A DNA stretch of 35,896 bases from positions 1 through 35,896 of the forward strand of contig CAXNAA020000020.1 of the NCBI GenBank assembly GCA_964200075.2. Reading direction: 5' to 3'. This document shows positions 21,701-33,979 of this stretch, in pieces. Position numbers and translations under genes: made by a program. Every line of letters begins with the position of its first letter. Within the stretch, counting starts at the first letter, position 1. The notes beneath the pieces are model-generated. The model searched no databases, was not told where the DNA came from, and was given only the letters and a program-made list of their open reading frames with translations. Source of the stretch: Sphacelaria rigidula. Taxonomy: Eukaryota.

Positions 21701-24700
21701 GCCTACGATATGCTGAGGCTAGAGGGGCATACGTTCTTGGAAGAGACGGGTTCACATCAGCACGGCAAGGTGACGCTTCAGACCTCTGCACAGGCTGAGG
21801 CAGCCGGATGAGAAAGGATGCATATCAATGCGGAGGGAGGTAGCACTTGATACACGGAATGTATTGCAACAAAATACTACAAGACGAAGTTGACACAGTG
21901 TGCCACTAGCCGTCAGTACGACGAATACTACGGTACTGACTGTACCATGCGAACCACGAGTGGGCAGGGCTCGAATACCCGCGATTCATCCGTGAACTTG
22001 AAAATGCAACTTGCTCTCCGTCCTGTTCTGGAACCAAGTGTAGTGTTGAAAAAATATCCGTCAAGGGCGACGACACGACTGTCGGAGAAAGGTCAAGATA
22101 TTTACGTGGGAGTGTCTGCAGAACAAGTTTCCGGCTGATTCTGCCAGAAGAATATTTCAGCAACCGCCCGCGTCGTCGTCGGACCGTCATGGTACTCAGC
22201 CTTGGAAGTCTGGCACTGTCTGGAAGGAGACGTTGTTCCCTCCCCGAACAGTCCCACAGTCGTCCTTGGCACAAGCCACTGCTTTGTTCGGCTCGGCTGC
22301 ACGACCGTGTCTTCCTCGACACGGCATATAAAAGCCAAGGGCATCTCAGTCAGAGATATGGAGAACCTGAACTGGTGGTTATGTCCCCTGTCGGTGACAA
22401 CCTCGACCAACGGGCGGCCGACGCAAACAAAAATGCTGCCAAGATCTGGCCCTGCCTCCGCGCGGATTTCACATCGTTTTCCTCTAGAATTGTCACTATT
22501 AAGTGATATTTTGGAATCACCGTAGCATGGTGCATAATCACCCTTCTAAGTCACACAGAGCACAAAACACCTTCGGTCGCCGAAACTGCTGCGTCAACAT
22601 CTCCCTGCGGCTTCAAGTCGCACATGTGTGCAAGTTTCAGCATCATCCTAAGATAGGTGTGCCGTGTTTTGGCTCCTAATCTCCAAAAATACCGCCTCCA
22701 TATCATTGAAAAGGAACAAAACTGGATTGTAGTCCAAAACTCCACACAAAACGTGCCCTCACCTACGAGTAACGCCATGGTGCCTTTCTTTTCCATCAGG
22801 GAGCGAATGATGAGGACCTCCGCGCAGAGCGTCTTCCCTCCGCTGGATTGATTCCAAGCACGAGACACGAATTGGACACGTGCAACATACTAGTCATTCG
22901 TCGACTCCGGCCCTGCGCCTACGCAACCAAGCACGCGAATAGCGCCACCTATCTCGATCACGATAATTATTTTCAAAATGTTGATGGTCTTGCTTTTGTC
23001 GCGCAGCGAGGCTTCTTTTCATCTGCGTGACAAGCTACACGGAGTGTACGAGAACGCGAGAAACGATATATGCTTATACTTACCTGGTGGGGGCGCTGTA
23101 CACAAGATTTCCTCCGCCGCAAGGTTTACAATCGTCCACGCACAAACACTCTTGTTGCCATTGATACAGCTCTCGAATTCCCCTGTTCGGTACAGCAACC
23201 GGCACGAAAAGAGCGAAGGAGGCGAGGGAGGTTTAAAATGACAGCTCTTACTTATGTTCGTGTAACATTACCAACAGTTATGGTGGATTGCCATATGAGC
23301 TACTTCGAACAACGAAAATAATGACAAGACCGTGTCTGTCACGGGACCGCTCGCTGTAATGTTGTTGTGTAACCAACACTCACCACATGGAGTGGTGTTA
23401 GACGCTGCGAATGTTCGTTGTTACCTCTTGTTGTACGACTCCACGAGAGGCTGTGGCATCCCATATGTACTAAGCTGCAGCCGCTCGCTACCCGACGGTG
23501 CCTCCTTGCTTGCACCCGGTATTGAGTCTACCTGGCCGCCACCTTTTGTCGCTCTGCAAGAGAGGTCGAACACAAAACAGCAAAGGGGGGTATGTGGAAT
23601 GCGTCAGTGGCTTGCCATGAGTGATACTCTTGAGGTGGATGCTTGATCTTAGTTGATCTCAATAGCTTGGCGTCATAAACTAATTCGTGTCAGGTGGTTG
23701 GTGTTGACATTGCTCGAGATCGGTGTGGTTTCAACATAGAATAAAAATTACGTGCTTTTGGTGTGGTAACATGGGCAGTTCTTGGGTGTCCAAAAGTCTA
23801 AAAGTTGAAAATTCCTGTGTACGGGTTTTGTAAAGAGAGAGGTAGAAACAGATAAGCTCGGTCACGTTACACATCCATTTACGTGGGCGTTGATCAAGGT
23901 GTATGCACTCGATTTCGTTTCGATTGTTGAATATTGCTTTACGAAGATACGTGGAGACTCAGTGAGCAATGACCCCACGAAGGTGTCAGGATGTATGCGA
24001 ACATGTGTCCAAGTTTTAAACATATGTCGCACCTCAAAATGGTTGTACGGGGGACGATCCTCTTTCCCCCGTTTCTGCTGATCGTCGCCTTATCCTCCGC
24101 AGAGGCTTCTGCGGCATCCTTTCCTGTAAGCTTATGGCCATCCAGCGAAATGTACCTGGGGCTGTCATACGGATAGTCTGGTTGGATAGGTATACGGGTG
24201 CTGATATGTTGACCAAGTCATGACACAGGCAACGCGGACCAGTACCTGCTGTTGATATATGGTTACCCCGACGTCACGAAGGTTCGTCAAATTTCAGCTT
24301 CTTGTTTCGTATCCAAGGAAATTTCGGACTTGGACTACGACTATAATTCGCACATTGTGTGAATCTAACAAAATCCGACCTTTTGAGTCAATCGACAAAG
24401 CACGTATATCTCTTGTAAACGCACCGGTTGTTGGGGGTGAACTTTTTTCACTTATTCAGATCACGGCGGAGGCGTTCAAAAACTGGTTCGAAAAGACGAA
24501 AGGCGACAACCGGAATTGTACGATCGCGTATCAGATGCAAATATGAGTGATAGCGATCCACGGACATCTTACCGTTGACCTCCTTGCTTTTTCCTCCAAC
24601 CTCCGGTCACGGGGTTTGGGTTAGGAGCTACAAGAGTCTTGTGAGCCCCCCTGCCTCGTCGCCCTCGACCGGCAGCAAAGCCTCCCCGTCGTGCTCTGCC

Positions 24701-26095
24701 CTGCCCCCTTCCTGTGGCACCACTCTTATTACCCTCGGAACCCTGGAACACACGCCAGTGCTCACGTACGAATCTCTTCTCTGGGGGGGTGTAGCCGTCA
24801 TCTTCCGGTGACTCGCTGCCGTGTGACACTGTCCGCAGAGGCTTTGGCCCTTCCTGCGCGGAGGCTGCCGTCGGCCGAACGGTCGCGTCAATAGTGGAAG
24901 GAACTTGAGAAACGCTTGTTGCCCCATTGGTCTTAGCGAAAACCATGGTGGAGCCTGGTAGCATCCGCGAGCTTAGGTCGCTGGTCATCGCTGAGGTTGT
25001 GGTAGATGGCCGAAGTCGAGCAGATGTCGGGGGCTGCGGTGGCGCTAACCTGCACTTTGAACGTTCTCCAGATACTACCCCGGGCGGTATACGGACATCA
25101 GTTTTGCAGTCAGCGACGACATCCAACCGTTTGACGTCTTCCCCAGGTTGATCATGCGTCGTCTGCGCAATGTTTGCTCCGGGCGGCATATGGTCATCGA
25201 TTTTGCAGTCAGCGCCGCCGTCCAACCGTGTGATCTCCTTCACAAGGGGAGCAGCCTGACCGTGCTCTGCCTGCGCAATGCTTCCTATGGTAGGCGTAAG
25301 CGTGGTACTCCGCGGACTGTTCTTGATGCCAAGCTCATGCTCTAGAGGCCTCACCTCGTCTTGCTGTCGTGGAATTGACGGTGATCTACAGTTGCCAACT
25401 TTCCTACCCAGGAAGCCATTTTGTTGACTCAATACCTCTCCATCACTGGAACACGATTCTCGTCTTTCTCGCGTGCTTTCCTGGTGACGCGAGAGAAGAG
25501 GATGAGTCCGTCCTGGTGGGCCTGGACAGTACCTGTCGACAGGTTGCTGGCCACTCGGTAAAATTTGCTCTTGCCGCGATCGCTTTCTCGACAGTGTAAA
25601 CCTAGCTCCCCCGAGGGGAGAAGCCGATACCGCTTGCAACTCGAAGCTGCCACTGTCTCCTGTGGTTTCTGATCTCCTTCTCGACAAGTCCCCCATGGCA
25701 GAGGGCACGCTAGTCGCTCGCAGCTCCGGGGTTCCAGGGACTGCCAGCGTCGCATTACGGACTTCACTTCTAGACACGGACCTGTTCTGGCTCCAGGCTG
25801 GGGTTTCTGGAATGATCAGCTCTCGTGCTCTCACGGGCTTTTCTGGCTGCGTTTGTGTTGCAGGGAGATGCACGCTTGGAGATTTGCTGGTGCATGTCTT
25901 CGAGGTAGACTTGGATGGCCTAGACAATTGCAGAGTCGCTTTTACCAGCCCTGCCGGCCTCGATCGTGTCCACTCCTGAATACTACGCTGAGGCTGTATG
26001 GGTTTCACGGCATTCGGCTGCGCGGTGTTGGTCGTGACAAGCTTACGGGGTTGCACCCACTTCTTCTGTTTCCGAAATACCAACCGTTGATCCAT
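9732..26095 (-). CDS. HELQ: HELQ/POLQ-helicase-like (Hel308 family) SF2 Ski2-like DExH DNA helicase, 23 exons, about 1421 aa
   Basis: Exons joined by hand with consistent phases, in 5'->3' order: 24573-26095, 24033-24155, 23425-23553, 23084-23182, 22763-22842, 21398-21462, 21118-21180, 20918-20986, 20306-20416, 17935-18105, 17254-17325, 16802-16987, 16467-16555, 16084-16188, 15656-15770, 15113-15267, 14658-14835, 13881-14093, 13224-13370, 12582-12700, 12264-12309, 11168-11368, 9732-9938 (4266 nt). Motifs: Q-motif LYQWQQECL, Walker [14 protein letters not shown], Ia [10 protein letters not shown], Ib [36 protein letters not shown]...[49 protein letters not shown]. The C-terminal region is HELQ/POLQ-type ([25 protein letters not shown]...[15 protein letters not shown]). 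The start codon and last exon are the least certain parts. HELQ rather than POLQ is inferred from the lack of a polymerase domain. Confidence 0.9.
10827..10894. repeat. Short intronic inverted repeat (mini-MITE or hairpin), 17-bp perfect arms
   Basis: GCGGACATTTGACCATT ... AATGGTCAAATGTCCGC in the last helicase intron. Confidence 0.85.
11723..12080. mobile_element. Decayed non-autonomous DNA transposon (hAT-like MITE) with many GAGTAC/GTACCC motifs
   Basis: Starts CAGGG and ends GAGTATCAGCATCCCA. Dense GGGTAC/GTACTC/GAGTACCC motifs occur in both orientations. A similar end fragment (AAGTACCCGAGTCCTGTCGAGCACCCTG) lies at about 31682-31708. The superfamily assignment is inference. Confidence 0.6.
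12310..12581 (-). other. Non-canonical GC-AG intron (intron 20 of the helicase gene)
   Basis: Donor AG|GCGAGT at 12581, acceptor GACGCAG ending at 12310. Only this junction gives the conserved frame ...[27 protein letters not shown]. Confidence 0.85.
18230..19320 (-). mobile_element. Decayed coding fragment of an unclassified element inside helicase intron 9
   Basis: Shares DNA (GTCATGATCCAATCCGCGATACC) and peptide ([20 protein letters not shown]; DLHxWxxA) similarity with 5000-5400, and carries several stops and frameshifts. Confidence 0.55.
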
Positions 26096-27204
26096 TCTGG
26101 AGGATCGCCGCTTCCGGGGGCTATTGCACCCCCCTCTTCCTGCCGTGCTGCGTAACTTCCAAGTGCCAGAAACAGCTACCAGAAAAGCAGCCGTCAAGCG
26201 CAGACTCTAGCACTCACTCTCGCGGCAGTAAGAAGATCCAACGCACAATAGCTTTCCCTCTTGCCCTTGTCGAAGCTCATGGGCGATACGTCCACTTCCA
26301 GGTCATGTGCAGCGCGACAGTTGTGAATTTGCTCAAATTGGTACCCAAAGGGTCTCATATAAACTCCGCGTGCTTCAGTACTCTATAATCGAACAATTCA
26401 TTTCGCACATAAGTCCACTAAAAAAACGTTGGGAAGGCACTAAAAATCGTCAACGGTAGTGACCAACGCCAACGGGCTATGAAGCACAGACGTTGCAGAG
26501 CTGGACTGGGCGGGGGACATCACAAGCACATGTTGGTTTTTAATTATCACATTTGACTGTAACCGAAGCAAATACCGTTGGTCAGAGTAGATCCCCAGAG
26601 AAGTGACCAATTCCATAAAAATAAAAGACAATATCCTGCACGCTCAACGTAAAGCATCGCCGTATCCAGTATGCCAAATACTCCGTAGAATAACATGCTG
26701 ATATATGAAAACACTTGTAAGTTTTTTTGGTAGAATTCAATGCGCCTAGAGAGTACACATTGCGCAACGTGGGATACCTCCCTCCTTATTTTCCCCGTTA
26801 TGATAGATAGTTGCCGTTTGTTTACTCGTGTACTCATTAGACCCGCGGTTGCAGTACCAAAAACCAAGGAGAACACCCGGGAAACATGCTATTCCTTGCA
26901 GCGAAAATTGTAACCTTCACCTCGACAATATAGTAGCTGACTGGAGCGGGTTCTCGTCACTCTGTTTTATGCAAAAATATAAATACTGTAGGAGAAACGA
27001 CAGAGCAGGGGAATCGTGAAGAATTATACTCCCGCGTATGTTTATCCCCTAAAAAAATTGTAGTATGGCAATAGCTTATGTGAATTACTTTGGCACATGA
27101 CGTGAACATGAGCAGGATAGCTCACCATTGTTCAAGAACTCAGGCCGAGGGCAAGTAAAGGGCGGTCACGACGGAGGTCTCTCGCAGGCTCCAATCTCAC
27201 CAAT
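26096..27204. promoter_or_regulatory. Head-to-head intergenic region, putative bidirectional promoter (helicase / U1-C)
   Basis: About 1.1 kb, relatively AT-rich, between divergent start codons. No specific elements were identified. Confidence 0.4.
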
Positions 27205-30200
27205 ATGCCACGTTACTACTGCGACTACTGCGGGTGAGAAAAATTAATCTCTTGAACTGATGTGACTGAATATCTTGGTGTTGGTGTTGGTTTGTCGCCT
27301 CTTACAGCCGTACACACAAAAGTCGCCGGTCCCGATGCACTGCCTCACCATGCTTGCTGTACAGTTACCCTGTCTTAACTCACTCCGCACGCTCTCCGCT
27401 TGCCCATCCTCTGCTTACTGCAGGACGTATCTCACCCACGACAGTAGTGCGGGAAGAAGGCAGCATAACAGAGGTGAGACCAATCACTCCGAGCTGAGAT
27501 ATGTCACGTTGGGCACTGGAGAAGATACTGAATAGTCATCACACATTTGGCTGTGTCTGACAACGGATGAAAAAATCAAGGAATCACGTCAATCAAGGAC
27601 CCCCATCCAACTGCAGGGCGTGACCCCCAGCCCACACCCTCGAAGGCTCTCGATAACGAGGAAAAACCCGGAATGTCCGGCAGAAATCTCATCAGTACAG
27701 CCAATGATTACCATTTCCATTATGGTATTCGTGGGATTGGCCCCTGGATCGGGTGTGCCCAGCCACCCCTACAGCGGTCAGGACTTGCCGTGCCCGCAAT
27801 GAGGTTTTGTTACCATCGAAGGGGTAGGCCTCCGGTTGGTAAAGCCCATTGTAATAATCGAGGTGCTTTCGTTATTTCCAATGTGAGGACATGTTATTTC
27901 GATCGAAAAGTGCGGTGGAAAATATTTTTTTGGACTTCATACTGTAGATCCACCGCATTTCTGTTCCTAGCTGGCTTCAACTATTTTTTATAATTGGTGA
28001 CGCGCGGAGAAGCAGTAAAGAACAATAAAGCTAAGCTTTTTCGATCGAAAACAAACGGTCGAAAGGCACGAAGGAACACTTGACTCCTATCTTACAGACC
28101 ACACGCCAGATAACACCTGTTCACAGAACCATGAAAACTCAATGCAATTCACTCTCAGCTATCACCGCACCCCTGCAGCATAGAGCACGAGTTGAGGACA
28201 GAGATGAATACTCTGTACCAGTTGGGTATGCTTCGTTTATTTTTTGTTAGCAAAAACTTGAGAATCTTCTTTCGTGGGAAGGATCAGCGGCGGAACTACG
28301 TGGTGGAGTGGGTAACCGAATTTGCCTCCACTGTCGTGGACAGGGCAGGCAGTACAATGCTGACGTTGTCCCAAGTCCCTTTCACGCCGCGTTGTTAGCA
28401 GAGAGGAAAGATAGTCCTGCGCTGTCTGCATTGCACATTGCCCGCTTCTCTTTCATACCCTACTGTATGAAACATACACACGCACGTGCGCACATGGCAT
28501 GTAAACAGTGCAGACAGTATAGACTGTACTGATATGCCCGTGAATGAAAGCCTTACCGACCAAAAATCCGTTGCCCACAAAAAATCAAATGAATGTGGAC
28601 GGATATTGGAGACGTATTGAAGACGTCATAGACTGGTCGGGCCTGTGCCGAAACTCTGCTGAACACGACACGCTCCATCCCAAGTTACCTAGGTTTAGTA
28701 TGCGACAGCTGAATTTTTTTCATCGCTATCATCTCGAGACAGGAAACAAACCGGCCTCTGGAACTCCACAGCCCCCCGCACACACACTAGACGTGGTGAG
28801 TTTGACAAGCGGAGTTGCTCAATCGTCACAGCGGATCCGAAATGCCACAGAACATTGCAGGAATAGCGTTTTTTAGTACAGTGCTGTGTTTGGTGCAGCG
28901 GTTTGCAAAGTGCTGCGTCCTCCGCGGCACGCATACGGCGTCCTCCGCGGCACGCGTATGCAAACCTTTTCAAATTCACGTGTTCTGGTGTGTGGGAAGC
29001 GCAAACATCAAACCGCAGTCCAATCCTTTGCGTCGTTGCCGAGAAAGTAGCGTTGAAAGATGAGCACAACAACATACTGCAACTAGAGGGGCACAGCAAC
29101 AATACGAGCAGCAGCCTCCATCCTCCTGTTGTTATACCCCTGTGCATAGGTGTACAGCAACGTCAGTCACAGGTGTGTTGTAGAATGTACTATAACAATA
29201 GTACATTTTGTATGAGCGCCGTCGTCATTTCAAGTGACGTGTACTTGTGATCGATACTAATTGACTCATGTAGGTTTTATTTCTTCCGCATTCAATTGAC
29301 TGTGGAGTTGGTCGGTCCATTTTCCCGGTATATAGTGCCCAAAATCGGGCCCCATTCACGGGCATAACTGTATATAAGCGACCAAGTACCGTTTCATGAG
29401 TTTCACTTTTTTTTTCGATCGACAGCTCAAAAATTTGCCTGGACCCAACTCGAGAAGAATGAGCGAATTTCGCTCAAATAAATTCCACCGCACCATTTTT
29501 TCGATCGAAGAAAATTGCTAAGACACGCCCTGACCGATGTCGAGCCTTGTTCGAAAACTCATGCCTGTCTCAATCTCCATATGGGTTATCGACCTTTGCT
29601 ATCTTACACCGGCCGTTGGTCGATAGTCGACGGCTTTCAGCGGGCGTCGCGAAAAACGCGACGCAAGCTCTACACCCATTACAACAGAGCCCCCGTACGA
29701 CTCCGCAGCCATCCGTAGCACAAGTACATGGGTTCTGGTGCCATAATAGTCGTTGATCATCCACTCACCACCGTTCGTTTGACGAAAATCCGTCAAGCCT
29801 TGGAGGAGGGGCGACCGCATGAGCACATGAGAGTTGCCAAATGTGCAGTTCTTGACCTCAACGTTCGAGGTTTCTGCCGCAGTCGTGTTGCGGAGCGAAC
29901 GTTGATTTCACCAGAGTTCCCCTCCGTTTTGGGAGACCTTTTCTGTACATGCGGCGCCAGGGCATTCAAATTTGAATTGTGTGCCGAGATGTGTTGGTTT
30001 GACAATCGAACCAGGTTCGCTAAGTGCTTCTGCGAACTCTTGTGAAACCCGAGTCAACTCACGCGAAATGGTATATTTAACGCAATTCCTGAGATTATCC
30101 TCTAGGAGTTGCTGAGACGAACCTAAAAGATTTTTACGAGGGAGTGTTTCCCGGTATACCCAATGCCATAGAAAACAAGATCTTGACGGTCCTGAAACAA

Positions 30201-32128
30201 GATTTTTCGCATGATCTATTTCGGATCCCGTGCGAAATTGTCTTCATATTGTACTTGCCCCCGTTTCCTCCACTTGATGCTCCTGCTATTCTTTAACACA
30301 AATAGGATGGAAGCACACCGACAACGTGAAGCTGCATTACAAGCAGTTCGTCGATGATTTCCTCAAGAAGCAGTCCGAGAAAAGTGGTGAGTGATGAACG
30401 AAGTCTTTTCGTCGATATATTTCTTCAGGCGCAAAAATACCTCCCAAGTGACCTGTTCAGCTATTGAACTTCTTCTTGCCATAACGCCTGCTGGAAAGTG
30501 CCGGAGAGAAGCGTGGACCATGTGGAACAGAACAGAGTTGCGTGGACCATACGGAGTGCCCTCCTATTTTCATGCCGACCATCACGTTGTTCGGTGCATG
30601 TTGCTATTGCTGCAGTAGTAAAGACATGACGCGTTGCAGGTGGCCACTGTGGCTCACTGGTGCTGCCACGCCTCGGGTAGTCGGGTGGCTTTTCTGCCGT
30701 TGTCGACGACTCCGTTGTGGCGAAGATGAACTTGATCGTCATAAGTCAGTACGCCATGAGCCGCCCAAGCATTGAAATGCAGACCTCTGTAGCTGCATTT
30801 TGTTGTACCACCGCAGCGCACGCCATGCTCGTGTGGTTGTTCAGGTATTTATTGGCAGCTCCCTTCTGTTGTACATGCTTGCTGATACACGTACAACATG
30901 CTATTGCAGACTAGCCTGCGGCTCTACCGGCACACGCAGGACCAAATTTGTGAAAGCATACGTTGAGTCGATTCCGGTTTGAGCGCAGCGGCTTGTTCCG
31001 TGCCTATCCGGTAACCCCGTAGGATTCTTGCGGTGATCATCCCTTGATTTCAGTGCGATTATCTTCTACTTCGAAGTCTTCGTGTTTTCGAATACTCCTC
31101 TTGTAGGTCTCCCATGTAGCTGTCAGCCAGGAACATTGTTCCGAAAGACGATGTCGCGCCCAAGGGATTAAATATCGATTTAGATCCACGTACAAACAAG
31201 CACCTTCTTTGTTGATATTCCCTGTGGTTGCGATCCATTTTTGGGCTATATGTGAAATATATATATATATATATATATAAATACTGTTGGATTGTGTCAC
31301 TTGCAGGCGCCAGGGTTGTTGTGAAAGGTTGAGCTATTTTTTCAAATCAACGGCTGCTTGCGGTTCGTGCTGCTCTCACTGTCAGGTGCTGCTTCAGGTA
31401 GTATGCTGGGGCCGCGCCCTGGAATGAACCCCCCGCCACGCCCTGGTATGTCGTTCTCCGGTTCAGGCTCCTTGGGTGGCGTCGTTATGAACAACTCGCT
31501 CATGCCTGGTCAACCGGTGAGTTCTTGTTGGGGTCGCTTCTCTATTGAACGACGACGAGCTGCCAGCACCTGGACGCCTTTGACGTGTTGGCCTTCACTT
31601 ACTTGATTTGAGCTTTTAGTGCTGTCGACCCGCTTACTACAGACCATCGTATCTGCTGGTATGGCTTCCATTTCGATATAAAGTACCCGAGTCCTGTCGA
31701 GCACCCTGGAGTTTTAGATGCAAATCAAGGCGCTGCATGTCACGGACTGGGCGGTGGCACTTGGTTACCTTGCGCATTGACCGCATTCGGCACTAGCCAG
31801 GCCAAGGGCATGTAAGTTCCGTTTCAAAATGCAGTTCGCCCGTTCCGTCCTGTCTGGACCCCAGGGTCCGGGATACATGCCAGGACCGGGTATGGTCCCC
31901 CGAGGATACGTGGGAGGAGGACCTCCAATGGGTCACCCGGGTATGGGCATGGCTCCTCGGGGCTACGCGGGAGCTGGAGGGCCTCCTCGATTTAATGGAC
32001 ATGGACCTGGATTCAACGGACCCGGACCTCGAGGTCCGCCTGGACCCACTTCTGGCGGACCGCCGTTGAATGGAAACGGTGCTGGTCCCGGTGCTGGTCC
32101 GCCGGATGGAGTGAGGCCATTAAAATAA
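27205..32128 (+). CDS. SNRPC: U1 small nuclear ribonucleoprotein C (U1-C), 5 exons, about 194 aa
   Basis: Exons 27205-27233, 27424-27473, 30306-30386, 31386-31516, 31835-32128, all GT-AG and phase-consistent. Translation [41 protein letters not shown] is the U1-type zinc finger (C6, C9, H24, H30), followed by the typical Pro/Gly/Met-rich tail (PRPGM..., PPMGHPGMGM...). The acceptor of the last exon is the least certain boundary. Confidence 0.93.
31257..31278. repeat. (AT)11 microsatellite in U1-C intron 3
   Basis: Read directly from the sequence. Confidence 0.95.
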
Positions 32129-32929
32129 TCTTGGTGTCCTGGTGATATCTGCGGAACAGTCGTCGGGAACAAACCCATGGCGGCGGGTCTGCAATGTATT
32201 CATCGAGTACTACGTTGTACCTTAGAGCGTTGAGGGCAGAGGTAAAGATCAGCCGTGAGATTAGTGGAAGTGACGCCTCATTCTTCGAATGCATTTATTT
32301 TACAGTCGTGGTGAGAGTTGTATCTTCCGTTTTGTCTGTTGCCTGACTGTGTCGTTGCCATAAATTCCGGTCCAGCGCGTCAACTATTGAGCACCTTTGC
32401 CTCCTTGCTGTTTATTTCTCCCCCGTTTTGAAATGTAATTGGACTTCTGTTCGGTTGTTCCTCCATCGTGCGTCGTGGATGCGCACTGAACACAAACTAC
32501 GTCGGCGGAGCCAAAGATCGTGTATGCTAGAAACTGTCCCGTGCGATGGCAGCTCTGTAGAGTGGCACTTCATTTTCTGACTCTCACCGTTGTATTGGGC
32601 GAAACGAGAACGAGGGAGCGTAGTGCATCTCCCCGTCATGTTTATTCTCGTGAGTCGTAGCTTGACATTTCGCGTTGTTTTCCAAATGGGTATCTCGTGT
32701 TGGAACACCGAAAATACCATGGACTAAATACAGCACCACAGCACTAGGAGGCCAGGGGACATGATGCACAAAGTTGCCAATCTTGGGTACCTTCCTGAAC
32801 GACGGTGTGTGCATAGCACCTAACATTTCCGCCTTCTGGGCTATTCCAACGGTTTTGACGCGTAGGTGAAACGACCCCATCGCTTTCGGAGTCGTTTGTG
32901 TTGTTCAATCTATTCCGGGCGCCGGTCTT

Positions 32930-33227
32930 CACCTTTCGGCATATGTGGGCGTACAAACCGCGGTCACACAGGAGGGATGCCATCACGGGCGTTTTTTTCT
33001 TATTTGCATGTTTTCTGTCCTCCGCCTCCTTTTTGCGATGTTCGCCTTCGTTTTTCATCGTAAGAGTGGTTCAGCAGTTCCTTTTCCTCGTCGACTTCTG
33101 TGTATCCACGACATGGGTGTTGTTCACTGTTGTGTGTTGTGTGGAAAGAATTGTAAGATTCCTTCGAGACTCGAACCCACGACCCAACCGTCCGATGTTA
33201 CCAACGAAGTCACCGGGGCGACCGGCT
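32930..33227 (-). mobile_element. tRNA-derived SINE-like element (decayed)
   Basis: The minus strand from 33227 reads AGCCGGTCGCCCCGGTGACTTCGTTGGTAAC...GGTCGTGGGTTCGAGTCTCG: a degenerate Pol III A box and a good B box (GGTTCGAGTC) without a full cloverleaf. The downstream boundary is approximate. Confidence 0.6.
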
Positions 33228-33979
33228 GCGGGTCATTTTCTGAACGTGAAATACAGCAGTGGGTGGAGAGACATGTACAGGGAGGGCAAAGTATGTGACC
33301 ACATCTGTACCGGAGGATAGCCCTTCGTACAATACAAGGGAACAATATATCTCTGAATCGGTCGGGAGCCAATGATATCGGACACTTTTCGATGGCAAAT
33401 ATCTACTGACCGTTAATACTAGTAAACTATGCTCGCACAAGTGTGGGCATGTTCATGGCGTTTTACAAGTTCGTCCTTGGATAGCATGGGTGGGACATCA
33501 GTCATCGGGATCTTTTGTGCATTTTTCAAGTGAAAATTGTGCCGATATAATAGATGATGCGCCCCGGCGGCGAAAGAGTCGCAAAATATCTGCACAGTCA
33601 GAAAAGTGGTGCGTCGTACTGCGCCTGAATCGTCGATCGTGGTTCTTCTCAAGGTGTCGCATCCCACCGGAGTATAATTGGCATCGATCGATTGAAAGCT
33701 GTCAGCTTGTACTTCCCTCCACCCCCAACAGTATCCTGCCGGGGAATCTGCGGATATCTTGAACTGAATTGGCGTTGCCTTGCGTCCTGCTGCCGACGAT
33801 TTGCCACTACTCTCAGCTTTTTCTGTGGAAAGTCGACAGTGCGTGCAGTCATGTCGCTACCTCCACTTTCTCGGCACTGATTGGAACATTTTCGGTGCCA
33901 TCCGGGACCTACGCAAATACCCAGTGTAGTTTTCCCCTGTCGTTTGGTCGTTCCCAGCTCCTTTTTTTTCTTCCTTTCC

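Noticed and set aside
26218..26280. Upstream coding exon for the helicase (MSFDKGKRES...|gtgagt)
   Set aside because: The donor is good, but its phase does not match the acceptors at 26148-26150 or 26140-26142. It may be a 5' UTR exon or uORF and is left unresolved.
31797..31811. 15-nt in-frame micro-exon (PGQGH) in U1-C
   Set aside because: It is flanked by TAG and GTAAG, but the following intron would be only 23 nt, too short to splice.
33155..33227. Functional tRNA gene
   Set aside because: A B box is present, but no acceptor stem or anticodon arm can be formed. A SINE head explains it better.
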